In this document: positions 19,632-28,757 of the stretch, in pieces
Layout: each line of letters starts with the position of its first letter
Position numbering within the stretch: position 1 is the first letter of the stretch
NCBI GenBank assembly: GCA_029838215.1
Contig: JALGVI010000020.1
Span: forward strand, 1-37,810
DNA length: 37,810 bases
Direction of reading: 5' to 3'
From: Candidatus Helarchaeota archaeon
Lineage (GTDB): Archaea; Asgardarchaeota; Lokiarchaeia; Helarchaeales; RDOG01
Notes under the pieces: model-generated
The model's input: only the letters and a program-made list of their open reading frames with translations
The model's database searches: none
What the model was told of the DNA's origin: nothing
Translations under genes and position numbers: made by a program

Positions 19632-19825
19632 TCCTGAAACCCCACGTGATGAGATGATAAACCACGGATCTTATTCATTAATAAAAATACTCCATCAATG
19701 AAAATTCAATTGATCACTTGGCAAAATGATTTTAAGTTCACTTGATAACTAAAGCATATAAAATGACGGCTTTTTCTTTTAAGGGGAATTGCCAATTATA
19801 AACAGTAAAGAGAAGTTGAACGACC

Positions 19826-20656
19826 ATGATTAAGATCGGAGTCATAAAATGCGGAAATATTGGAATCTCTCCAGTTTTAGATCTTATTCTTGATGAACGG
19901 GCGGATCGAGAGGACATCGATGTTGCTGTTATCGGAAGCGGTGCCAAACTAGGTCCCGAGCAGTGTGAGGCGGCAACGCGAATAATGTTAGAGCAAGTAA
20001 AACCACAACTAATCTTATTCACGAGTCCAAATACGGCTTTGCCGGGTCCAAAGAAAGCACGAGACATGATCCAACCAACAGGCATCCCAACAATTATTTT
20101 CTCGGATAGTCCTGGAAAGAAAGCAGTTGAAGAAATTGCAGAACGTGGAATGGGTTACATGATCATTAGTGCAGATCCGATGATCGGTGCCCGACGCCCT
20201 TTCTTGGATCCTGCCGAAATGGTTCTTTTTAATTCGGATGTTCTTCGCATTCAAGCAATAACGGGAGTCATTAATTTAGTCGCTGAAACGCTAGAGGCAG
20301 TGATTGATAAAATCAAGCAAGGGCAAAAACCAGAACTGCCACAACTCGTCGTATCACGAAAGAAAGCAATTGCGGCAATGAAATTTCAAAATCCATACGC
20401 TGAAGTCAAGGCAATGGCTGCATTTGAAGCAACTAGTACCGTTGCGGGTCTAAATGTCACGGGATGCTTTAAAACAAAAGGACGTGAAGCATACATGCCA
20501 ATAGTTGGTGCTGCACATGAATTACTCAGACAAGCTGCAAAATTAGCCGATGAAGCCCGCGAATTAGAGAAAGGTGGAAACACTGTCTTTCGAATGCCTC
20601 ACGGAACTGATGGAAAAATCCTGAATAAAAAGGATTTTGTTTCAAAACCCACATAA
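19826..20656 (+). CDS. mtd: F420-dependent methylene-H4MPT dehydrogenase
   Basis: KIGVIKCGNIG, LDERADREDI, GSGAKL, DPMIGARRPFLDPAEM, NPYA. Confidence 0.96.
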   Translation: MIKIGVIKCGNIGISPVLDLILDERADREDIDVAVIGSGAKLGPEQCEAATRIMLEQVKPQLILFTSPNTALPGPKKARDMIQPTGIPTIIFSDSPGKKAVEEIAERGMGYMIISADPMIGARRPFLDPAEMVLFNSDVLRIQAITGVINLVAETLEAVIDKIKQGQKPELPQLVVSRKKAIAAMKFQNPYAEVKAMAAFEATSTVAGLNVTGCFKTKGREAYMPIVGAAHELLRQAAKLADEARELEKGGNTVFRMPHGTDGKILNKKDFVSKPT

Positions 20657-20657
20657 C

Positions 20658-20674
20658 TTTTTTTTCTTCTTTTT
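20658..20674 (+). terminator. T-rich terminator after mtd
   Basis: TTTTTTTTCTTCTTTTT immediately after the stop codon. Confidence 0.55.
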
Positions 20675-20851
20675 ATCATTTGATCTTGAATTGCATTAAA
20701 GATCTCGTTCTTGTAAATTCTCATTTTGTCTCAAAATTGGATTTTAAAACCATCTCGTCATTAGAATCTAAAAAACTATATAGAATATGGGGCTTTCATT
20801 ATACGTAAAGCTTATTTTAATAAATTAATTAAAAACGTTGAGAAAAAAATT

Positions 20852-22486
20852 TTGGGATGTTTCATGACCGAAAAACAAGAACACGAAGAAGGCGAATCAC
20901 CCGAATCAAAAGGACTTGATGCTGGTCATTTGGGTCCAATATATATATTAAGATGTTTTACTGTGGTTGGTTTATTATCACTCTTGCCATCATTTTATGT
21001 TGTTTATTTTTATTTTTGGTTTTTATTTAATATAATGCTTCCTTCAATCAATACACTTCTAGAAATAATCATATGGGTCGTTTTATCCTATCTGGTTTGT
21101 ATAGGTAGTTATTATTTAGCCATATTTGTTTCAATAGGTGTTACTAATGTATATCTATGGAAAATTAATAGGAAGACACCACCCCGGCTGGGTTCTTTCG
21201 AACACGAAATATCTAATCCCGATGTAAGAGCATGGCGCAAGCGAACGATAGTGCGCAAGTTCTGTTCATGGCTCACGGGAACTTCAAATTCTCAATGGCT
21301 GCGAAAAATCATGCTCAGGTCATATGGGATAAAAATTGGAAAAAATGTTCGGCTTGGCAAGTATATTCTGGAAGATTATTTCATGGAAATCGGAAATAAC
21401 GTGTTCATGGGTAAAAATACGGTCATCTCAGGTCATTTAATTGATCCTTACAAGTTAACCTTGAATAGAACGATCATAGGTGATAACGTCATCTTTGATA
21501 ATTGGACGGGTTGCGTGGGCACGACAATCGGTAGCAATTCAATAATACTAGGAAAAGCCACTTGTGGCATCCGTGGACAGGTTGCAAAGGGTGGCGGTAT
21601 CTACAAAGGCACGCCTTTACGCAGAATTGCCGATTCATCAATATTTTCTCCAGAACATGTCGAAAATCTTAAAGACATCATTAAAAGTCAAGAATATCTC
21701 AATTATCAGGAAGAAAGAGTTCATGAAATCGAGTTTAATGGAAAAATACTCTTGCTTTACAAGCTCATTGTTGTATTGGGAGCACTTGGAATCGCAATGA
21801 TACCTTTTCTTGCATATACAGCATTAATCATTGAAGTCTTTAAATTTCCAACGTGGATTTTTTGGATTGATCTCATAGTCATTTCATTATATCCTTTGAT
21901 CGTGCTTGCGGCCATCTTTTTGTTTGTTGGCGGTGTAGGTTTCATGACATTCAACATACTTTTTATTTATCGTATAATCTTGAATAAGGGACTGGAAGAA
22001 GGCGAATATTCCCTCACGGATCCTCGCGTGAAAGCATGGAAAACGGGTTATTTATTAAAACTATTTATAATGCGCCTGATTCATGAATCACCAATGGCAT
22101 TTGGTGATGTCATCATTCTTCAAGCCTTTAGAAATCGCATAGCGTCAAATGTTCGCATCGTGAAATGTTTCTTCGATCCTGAATTCATCGATATAGGAGC
22201 AAATACTGAATGTGCGGCTTTTAGTATCATCCACACGCATAGAATCAAAGATGGAAAGCTCATCATTGCAAGAACGAAAATAGGTGAAAATTGTCTCATT
22301 GGAGGATTCGTTCATATTGGAGCTGGCGTGGTCGTAGGTGATAATACCATTATTGGACTGGGTGCCTATGTTCCAGATGGCGCAGTTCTTGATCCTGATT
22401 CTCTCTACCTCGGGAACCCCGCAAAAAAATATCCCAAAACAAAACTGAAAAAAACATATGAAGAAAAAGTCCGTGTCATTGACTAA
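20852..22486 (+). CDS. Membrane protein with two tandem [TM pair + left-handed beta-helix] units
   Basis: Repeated NPDVRAWR / DPRVKAWK followed by hexapeptide repeats (IGKNVRLG, IGNNVFMG, IGDNVIF / IGANTEC, IGENCLIG, VGDNTIIG). Confidence 0.8.
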   Translation: MGCFMTEKQEHEEGESPESKGLDAGHLGPIYILRCFTVVGLLSLLPSFYVVYFYFWFLFNIMLPSINTLLEIIIWVVLSYLVCIGSYYLAIFVSIGVTNVYLWKINRKTPPRLGSFEHEISNPDVRAWRKRTIVRKFCSWLTGTSNSQWLRKIMLRSYGIKIGKNVRLGKYILEDYFMEIGNNVFMGKNTVISGHLIDPYKLTLNRTIIGDNVIFDNWTGCVGTTIGSNSIILGKATCGIRGQVAKGGGIYKGTPLRRIADSSIFSPEHVENLKDIIKSQEYLNYQEERVHEIEFNGKILLLYKLIVVLGALGIAMIPFLAYTALIIEVFKFPTWIFWIDLIVISLYPLIVLAAIFLFVGGVGFMTFNILFIYRIILNKGLEEGEYSLTDPRVKAWKTGYLLKLFIMRLIHESPMAFGDVIILQAFRNRIASNVRIVKCFFDPEFIDIGANTECAAFSIIHTHRIKDGKLIIARTKIGENCLIGGFVHIGAGVVVGDNTIIGLGAYVPDGAVLDPDSLYLGNPAKKYPKTKLKKTYEEKVRVID

Positions 22487-22560
22487 AAATATCACAAAGA
22501 TTAAATCCTTGTATTCGTGTCTTTTATTTAGAATAATCGTATTATATTTTTAATTCAATT

Positions 22561-22947
22561 ATGATGGTGCAATCTTTGGACGAACATGACAAATCGGTGT
22601 TGAAAAACGGCAAAAAAAATGCATCCGAAAAATTACCAAAAAAAGACGGCTTTAAACTCGGACAACTGAGAGGCTACACGCCAAATATGATCGAAATCAT
22701 CAACGATTCGGGATTATCCATCACGCCGTTGCCACTCAATCATGATGTAAATAACGCGTCAAACTTTGGCTTACGCGATCTTACCACGCAAAAAGTTCTA
22801 AATAAACTTAAAGAAAGCCATGAAAAAGTTCAAAACATCGAAGCACACGTGTTAAAAAGAAAAATCGGAACCACGCAAATCTTACTAATTGCACTTGCCA
22901 TTTATATCGTCATCACGGCGATACTTGTTTTCATGACATGGTTTTAA
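22561..22947 (+). CDS. Hypothetical tail-anchored membrane protein
   Basis: Hydrophilic N-terminus, short coiled coil, single TM segment at the extreme C-terminus. Confidence 0.7.
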   Translation: MMVQSLDEHDKSVLKNGKKNASEKLPKKDGFKLGQLRGYTPNMIEIINDSGLSITPLPLNHDVNNASNFGLRDLTTQKVLNKLKESHEKVQNIEAHVLKRKIGTTQILLIALAIYIVITAILVFMTWF

Positions 22948-23188
22948 ATGGCTCAACAGGTAAAGTTCTTTTTCTTTCTTCCATGTCTCTAATCGCAAGA
23001 ATCGTATCGAGTAAAAGTTCGGCATCTTCTGGAGCATGATGCTGGAGAAATCGTTTACGTGCAAGTTCGTGTACTTCATAGATGGCTTGCTGAAATAATG
23101 CAATTTCATCGAAACTAAATTCTTTGTTTCTTCGAATATCTTTTGCCCGTTTTTTTTGATATTCTCCAATGAGATCAAATTTTGTCAA
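22931..23188 (-). CDS. Small helical hypothetical protein
   Basis: 85 aa, TTG start with purine-rich GGAAGGA upstream, protein-like composition. 17-nt convergent overlap. Confidence 0.55.
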   Translation of the reverse strand: MTKFDLIGEYQKKRAKDIRRNKEFSFDEIALFQQAIYEVHELARKRFLQHHAPEDAELLLDTILAIRDMEERKRTLPVEPFKTMS

Positions 23189-23451
23189 GTAAATTCCTTC
23201 CAGTAACGTGTTTATGAATTACACGCACGACAGGAACTTGAACTTGAATAATATCCAAATATCATCGTTCAACATGCTTATTTTTAAATTTAAAACAAAT
23301 TAAGTCCATTTGTCGATTATTGTACCAATTCAATTAAATTCGCATATTTTTAATATACAAAAAACATAAAGGAAATCAATAGATATTTCTCTAATAAAAT
23401 AAATTGAGACGTGAAGAATCTTTAAATCGGCTCCTGTTAAATATTATTTGA

Positions 23452-23967
23452 GTGTTAAGAATGAAAAAGAAACAAGTTTCTTTTAAAGTCATTCTAGTTG
23501 GGGATAAAGCAGTAGGAAAGACAAGCATCTTAAAGAAATATGTGAATGATGAATTTCCTGAAAAACATGAATCCACTTGGGGCGTAAATTTAATACGAAA
23601 AGAGTTCCCTGATGGCGATAAAGGCAAAAACGTGACTTTTTGGGATATTACCAGCAATGATCTGTTTCAGGATCAACGTATTTACTATTATGAAGGTGCT
23701 GAAGCCGTGATTCTCGTCTATGATGTTACTAAACCCGAAACATTTTCCAATCTAGAAAGATGGTATGAAGAAATTGCAGCTAATTTAAAGCTAGAGAAAG
23801 AACCCATCTTTATTTTAGGAAATAAAAACGATCTTGACCAAAACATTCCGCAAAAAGCCATTCAAGAATTTACGTTCAGAATAGAAGCAAAACATTTTTT
23901 CATTTCGGCTAAAACCGGTGAGAATGTAGATAAAGTCTTCAAAAAGATAATTAATACATTTGAATAA
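23452..23967 (+). CDS. Rab/Ras-like small GTPase with degenerate G3
   Basis: G1 GDKAVGKTS, G2 STWG, G3 WDITSND, G4 NKND, G5 SAK. No CaaX tail. Start likely ATG 23461. Confidence 0.92.
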   Translation: MLRMKKKQVSFKVILVGDKAVGKTSILKKYVNDEFPEKHESTWGVNLIRKEFPDGDKGKNVTFWDITSNDLFQDQRIYYYEGAEAVILVYDVTKPETFSNLERWYEEIAANLKLEKEPIFILGNKNDLDQNIPQKAIQEFTFRIEAKHFFISAKTGENVDKVFKKIINTFE

Positions 23968-23984
23968 AAACAAAAAAAAAGAAT

Positions 23985-25757
23985 TTAAAGAAATTCTATT
24001 TCAGGATCTTCTTCGACGTAATCGCCTTCTCCTTTAATGGTATATGCAAGCGTTTCTTGACCACCAGCGGAAATGTCGCTCAATTCCCAAACCAATGAAG
24101 TGCCATCTTCGACATCGATTATTTCAGGTTTTTTCTCTTCTGGAGTCCAGCTTTTAAGCACGAATCCCTTTGGGATTAAATCCGTGACCTTGCATTTCTC
24201 AACAGGAACTTCGCCCTTATTTTGGAAGACAACATTAATTTCATACATGTCCGGTTCAGAACCAGGTCGAACCTGCTTGAATGCACGATATTTTCTTCTT
24301 ACCTGTCGTGCCGTGATCTTTACGTCGGGTAGCGAATTTTTCACGGGCTGACCAGGAGGAGTGACATTAAAATTCGCTTCTAACGGGCACCCATATTGCG
24401 CAGGTCTCGGTTCCCAAGCCTTTAATGGATAACTAATGACAATCTCATCCCCTGGATTAAGGGGTGTGCCAAATTGAGTAATGTTTGGAATATCAATCGT
24501 CAATCTGTGCTCAAGATCGGGATTGTCATTATCGGGTTCTAATTGTAAAAGCGGTCCTTTTCCTAAAGAATTCCCTGCAAGTTGAATTACAACTTGATCC
24601 AAAGAGGGAGGTTTGAAACTTGATGGAATTACATCGATGACCATTATTTTAGTAAGGGGTGCAGATCCCACATTTTTTATGGTGTCCGTTACTTTTATGT
24701 CCGTCTTTGCATGAGCAGGAACTTCTTGAGGTTCCAAGACTTTTTGAGACTCAATTGCTGCAACGGGAATGTCATCAGATTTCTTATGAATATGTCCCAC
24801 TACACGAGTGTTAAGAACTGAAAGAACTGAAAAGTCATTTGTCTTGGAAAATTTAGGTGGTGAATGACTGGTAACCTTGAAACTTTTTGACCAAACCTCA
24901 TTAGATGCTAATTCAATATATGGGTTTTCCTCAAGTGTTACCTCTTTTACTCCTTCTTTTACATGAATGACTTTCACGGTATTTAATTTCACGTCAAAAT
25001 CGCTCGTGTTTTGAAATTCAACAGTACAATCCCATTCATCTTCAGCAGCTTCATCTTTCTCAAGTGCAAAAATGCTCTCCGAAACACCAATAATGGTTGG
25101 ATTCAATTTGGATCTTTGAACTTTTTGAATTTCATAATTAACATCAATTTCGCCTGTAGGATATGGCGTTGTCTCCGTTGGGTTGGCACCTGCACGAAAA
25201 ACAAGGCTCTGCTCCTCTCCGGGTGGAATCGTTATGTCTTCCCACGAAATTAGGCGGCTTGATTCGTCAAAACTTGCATTGCCTGAAGTTGTCGATTCTA
25301 TTATGGGATTATCAAAGAAATCCAGTAGTTTTTTCTTAAGAGTAACTTTCGTGGTTGGTTGATTAGATGCATTTTTTAATGTCAATATGAACTTCGTTGG
25401 CATGCGACTGTCTAATACGAAATTCCAATTAATGTCATCACCTTTCTCAAAATAAGTGTCGACAGTTTCGGTCAATTCAATTAAAGGTCGATACGTGACA
25501 TCTTTCTCTTGGACAACATAAGTCACTTCGTTTTTTGCCTCTGGCTCTAAAGAACCGATTTTATTTTCCATCAAAGTCAGACTTGTTGATTGACTTCCTT
25601 CAAAAAAATGAACCAAGTTCCAAATTCGTTGCGATGATGATGGATTCACGGTAAGCAATTCGCCTTTTATTTCAATCGAATCTATCTTTCCTTTTCCTGA
25701 AAGTACTGTTTCCTCGGTTTCAGTTATGTTGAGAGTTATTCTCTTCGATTCGGGCAA
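23985..25757 (-). CDS. Soluble multi-beta-sandwich protein (DUF11-like repeats; N-terminus resembles a mu-homology domain)
   Basis: GGAGGT RBS before TTG. Repeated xxTxTxKNxG...VxDxIP motifs. No signal peptide or TM segment. Confidence 0.75.
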   Translation of the reverse strand: MPESKRITLNITETEETVLSGKGKIDSIEIKGELLTVNPSSSQRIWNLVHFFEGSQSTSLTLMENKIGSLEPEAKNEVTYVVQEKDVTYRPLIELTETVDTYFEKGDDINWNFVLDSRMPTKFILTLKNASNQPTTKVTLKKKLLDFFDNPIIESTTSGNASFDESSRLISWEDITIPPGEEQSLVFRAGANPTETTPYPTGEIDVNYEIQKVQRSKLNPTIIGVSESIFALEKDEAAEDEWDCTVEFQNTSDFDVKLNTVKVIHVKEGVKEVTLEENPYIELASNEVWSKSFKVTSHSPPKFSKTNDFSVLSVLNTRVVGHIHKKSDDIPVAAIESQKVLEPQEVPAHAKTDIKVTDTIKNVGSAPLTKIMVIDVIPSSFKPPSLDQVVIQLAGNSLGKGPLLQLEPDNDNPDLEHRLTIDIPNITQFGTPLNPGDEIVISYPLKAWEPRPAQYGCPLEANFNVTPPGQPVKNSLPDVKITARQVRRKYRAFKQVRPGSEPDMYEINVVFQNKGEVPVEKCKVTDLIPKGFVLKSWTPEEKKPEIIDVEDGTSLVWELSDISAGGQETLAYTIKGEGDYVEEDPEIEFL

Positions 25758-26356
25758 TTATTTACCTCCACAAATACGTCTTTAAGATTTAATTATTAGA
25801 CGCTAAATTATTTATGAGTTTCAATAGCGATAAAATGTTTTCGGTAGATCTTGTAAGTATCTTTGCCTAATTTAAGAACGACTATTAAAGAAAACAGAAT
25901 AATTTTAATAAATGATAAAATAATTGGAAAAGATATTTAACATAACGTTATTTAAAATGATATTGATTTAACATTTTGTCATCAATATGTCGAATTACTG
26001 ATTTGTTTCGAAATCCAAGTTGTAATTAATAGATCTTATCATTTTCTATTAGAATTTACCACGATCCACCAGAAAAATCTAAACAAAATAAAAAAATTGA
26101 TTCAAACGGGCAAGATATGTTCTCATCATTAAAAAGAACGGATTTGGCGCGATTTTTAAAAAATGATTCCGTATTAAAATTTGGTCACAAAAACCGTGAC
26201 ATGAGTAAAAGTAATCGGATGAGATCTCCAAGAATGGACAAAATTGAGAGCCATGACATTTTATACCCGAAAAACATATACTGACCCAAAGCTATCAAGA
26301 ATCACGCAGTTTTTTATGCAAACGGCTTAAATCTGAGAAGTAACAATCATTTAAAT

Positions 26357-27286
26357 ATGATGTCAAAAACCCTCTGGAATCCGCATGAAAAAACGGCAAT
26401 CAACCAACAACCGGATCTCGATGAGTGTCCGGAGTGTGGCTCAAAAAATATCATTCGGGACTATGTGAGGGGTGAATTAATCTGTTCCAATTGTGGAATT
26501 GTTCTTGAGGACCACATTATTGACAATTCGAGGGGTGTAAGGTCATTTTCTCCCGAGGAGAGGAATGCCCGCGATCAACATGGAAGTCCTTCTACATTAA
26601 TGCTCCCAGACAAAGGACTCTCAACCCAAATTGATAAAAAAACACCTAATAATATGAAAGCACGGGAGCGTCAAAAATTTGAGCGCATTCGTAAATGGCA
26701 AAATAGAATGACTTGGCAACAACGTAATTTAAGCATCGCCACGAATGAAATTCGCCGCTTGGCCAGCCAACTTGACCTGCCTGATAACGTTTCAGAAAGC
26801 GCTGCAAAACTTTATCGCAAGGTCTACAAAAAAGATCTTCTAAAAGGACGTAGTATTAAATGCATGGTCGCAGCGGCAGTCTACGTGGCCTGTCGACAGC
26901 AACAACTCCCAATCCCACTCTCAAAAATAGCAAGATTTACACTGGATAAAGAAAAATCCATACGCCATTGCTTACGAATCATCCAAAGAGAACTTAACAT
27001 AAAGGTGAATACGATTCATCCAAAATCCTTAATTGCTCAGATGGCAAGCCAGCTGAAGCTTTCTAATGATATCCAAAAAGATGCAACCGAAATTATAACT
27101 AAAGCTGAAAAAAAAGGAATGCTTTCGGGGAAAGATCCAAAAGGCATCGCTGCAGCTGCATTATACCTTGCATCATTAAAAAATGAAGACAGGCGCAGCC
27201 AAAATCAGGTTGCACGCGTTGCTGGCATTACAGAAGTAACTCTTCGAAATCGCTTTAAGGATTTAAATAAAGTAGCCACCATCTAA
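26357..27286 (+). CDS. tfb: Transcription initiation factor IIB
   Basis: Zinc ribbon CPECG...CSNCG, B-reader, two cyclin repeats (GRSIKCMVAAAVY, GKDPKGIAAAALY), QNQVARVAGITEVTLRNR. Confidence 0.98.
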   Translation: MMSKTLWNPHEKTAINQQPDLDECPECGSKNIIRDYVRGELICSNCGIVLEDHIIDNSRGVRSFSPEERNARDQHGSPSTLMLPDKGLSTQIDKKTPNNMKARERQKFERIRKWQNRMTWQQRNLSIATNEIRRLASQLDLPDNVSESAAKLYRKVYKKDLLKGRSIKCMVAAAVYVACRQQQLPIPLSKIARFTLDKEKSIRHCLRIIQRELNIKVNTIHPKSLIAQMASQLKLSNDIQKDATEIITKAEKKGMLSGKDPKGIAAAALYLASLKNEDRRSQNQVARVAGITEVTLRNRFKDLNKVATI

Positions 27287-27300
27287 TTCTTTTTTATTTT
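27287..27300 (+). terminator. T-rich terminator after tfb
   Basis: Near-continuous T tract filling the gap between convergent stop codons. Confidence 0.5.
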
Positions 27301-28551
27301 TCAAGATTCTTTTAATTTTTCAATTGCATTTTTTAGAATTTCTCTATAAGCGTGGTCATCACGGTCTTCTTCATAACTCATTTTTATGAATTTTTCATAA
27401 AACTCCAGTCGCTCGATGAGACTCTTACAAGGGTCATCACCAGTATATCTTGCGGTATGGTGAAAGATCTTGTTTTGATGATAAACAGGTAAAAAAGTCC
27501 ATTCAGGTAAATGCTTTCGAATATGTGTTTCCAGAATTCTATTAAGTTCCAACGTATTTTGCATTATCAATTTCTTGCGTGGAATTGTAAAATCCTTATT
27601 GTATTTAATCTCGGAACCAATGACGATGGTATGATGCTTCCGTTTAGGATCGGTCTCCACCCACATTAAAGCCATTCGACGATTATAAAACAAGGCAAGA
27701 GCGGCAGATCCTGCGGCGGTCCTACAATAATCTCCAAAAAATGGTACTAAAGGAAAATATGGATATCCTGCATCTGCAAACAAGCAAAGGATGCATTTCT
27801 TTTTCATTTCAGCATCGAGCATTTCTCGTATTTTTTTATCTCGGGCAGACTTGTCTCCTTTTGGATTCGGTATTAAAACAGTATTACCTGCTCGAATAAA
27901 TGGAACGAAACCCGCCATGGATTCAAGATCCATGACGTTGACAGCATGATGTCCCGTCATTCCAAAAAACGTATATACCAAGAAATTTGCCACGTGGGCG
28001 GATATAATAATACCACCCCTTCTCAAGACGAACTTATATAATTTCTCATCCAAAACCTTGAGGGAAACATATTTTTTCGCAAATCCTTTGACACGCAACA
28101 TTGCAGGGAAGACGAAGATGGCTTCTAATAGGTAACGAGCTAAATATCGCATGCTAGCAATCCTAAGACGCTTGACGATTTCAGGTACTCGCTCTTCACC
28201 GTATTTTTTGCGAATTCTCGAGCCCATTATTCGCTTGATATTCGTTTCAATATTATTCGATAGAAAAGGATAAGTCGCGGCTTCAATCGAAAACCATAAA
28301 ATTTCGCAAATTTTGATGAGAAATAAAGGTATCTTATGAGTAAATCGAAATAATCCATAATAATCAAGTTGCTCCATTACATAAAGCATTAGAGGATGGC
28401 CATATGGTAACGGAAATCCGCTCTTATCATCATCAATTTGTTTCATGTCAAATGAAACAATGTTTTTGAACGGATTCGACCTAAATACGTGCGATTTCAG
28501 TTTTTTTATGTATTTTTTGTGTTCTGCTTTATTCAAAAATGGCAGATTCAT
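27301..28551 (-). CDS. LpxL/HtrB/PatA-like lipid acyltransferase-family protein
   Basis: GGIIISAHVANF, LCLFAD...LVPFFG...TAAGSAALA, IRKHLPEWTF resemble LPLAT (LABLAT) motifs. Confidence 0.72.
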   Translation of the reverse strand: MNLPFLNKAEHKKYIKKLKSHVFRSNPFKNIVSFDMKQIDDDKSGFPLPYGHPLMLYVMEQLDYYGLFRFTHKIPLFLIKICEILWFSIEAATYPFLSNNIETNIKRIMGSRIRKKYGEERVPEIVKRLRIASMRYLARYLLEAIFVFPAMLRVKGFAKKYVSLKVLDEKLYKFVLRRGGIIISAHVANFLVYTFFGMTGHHAVNVMDLESMAGFVPFIRAGNTVLIPNPKGDKSARDKKIREMLDAEMKKKCILCLFADAGYPYFPLVPFFGDYCRTAAGSAALALFYNRRMALMWVETDPKRKHHTIVIGSEIKYNKDFTIPRKKLIMQNTLELNRILETHIRKHLPEWTFLPVYHQNKIFHHTARYTGDDPCKSLIERLEFYEKFIKMSYEEDRDDHAYREILKNAIEKLKES

Positions 28552-28757
28552 CGTCCTCCATTAAAAATTAAGTATCTAAAAGTGCTTTACAATATGCAAT
28601 AAACTTAGTAATTCTCGAGGTTTTAAAATTTATCTTCTAATCATGTTTTTATTGCAATATCATTTTTCAATTTCAAAATTCTACAAAAAGAAATGAATCC
28701 GATAAAATTCATCAGATTAAAAAAAAGAATAAAAGGAAAAAATATATTCTTTACTGC

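Noticed and set aside
22885-23178. 97-aa minus-strand ORF
   Set aside because: Alternative frame of 22931-23188, which has the better composition and RBS.
23282-23295. 14-bp palindrome TTTTAAATTTAAAA
   Set aside because: A/T only, expected in AT-rich intergenic DNA.
26282-26284. Selenocysteine at the TGA upstream of tfb
   Set aside because: No SECIS-like structure downstream and no Cys-homologous context. Kept only as a uORF/readthrough observation.
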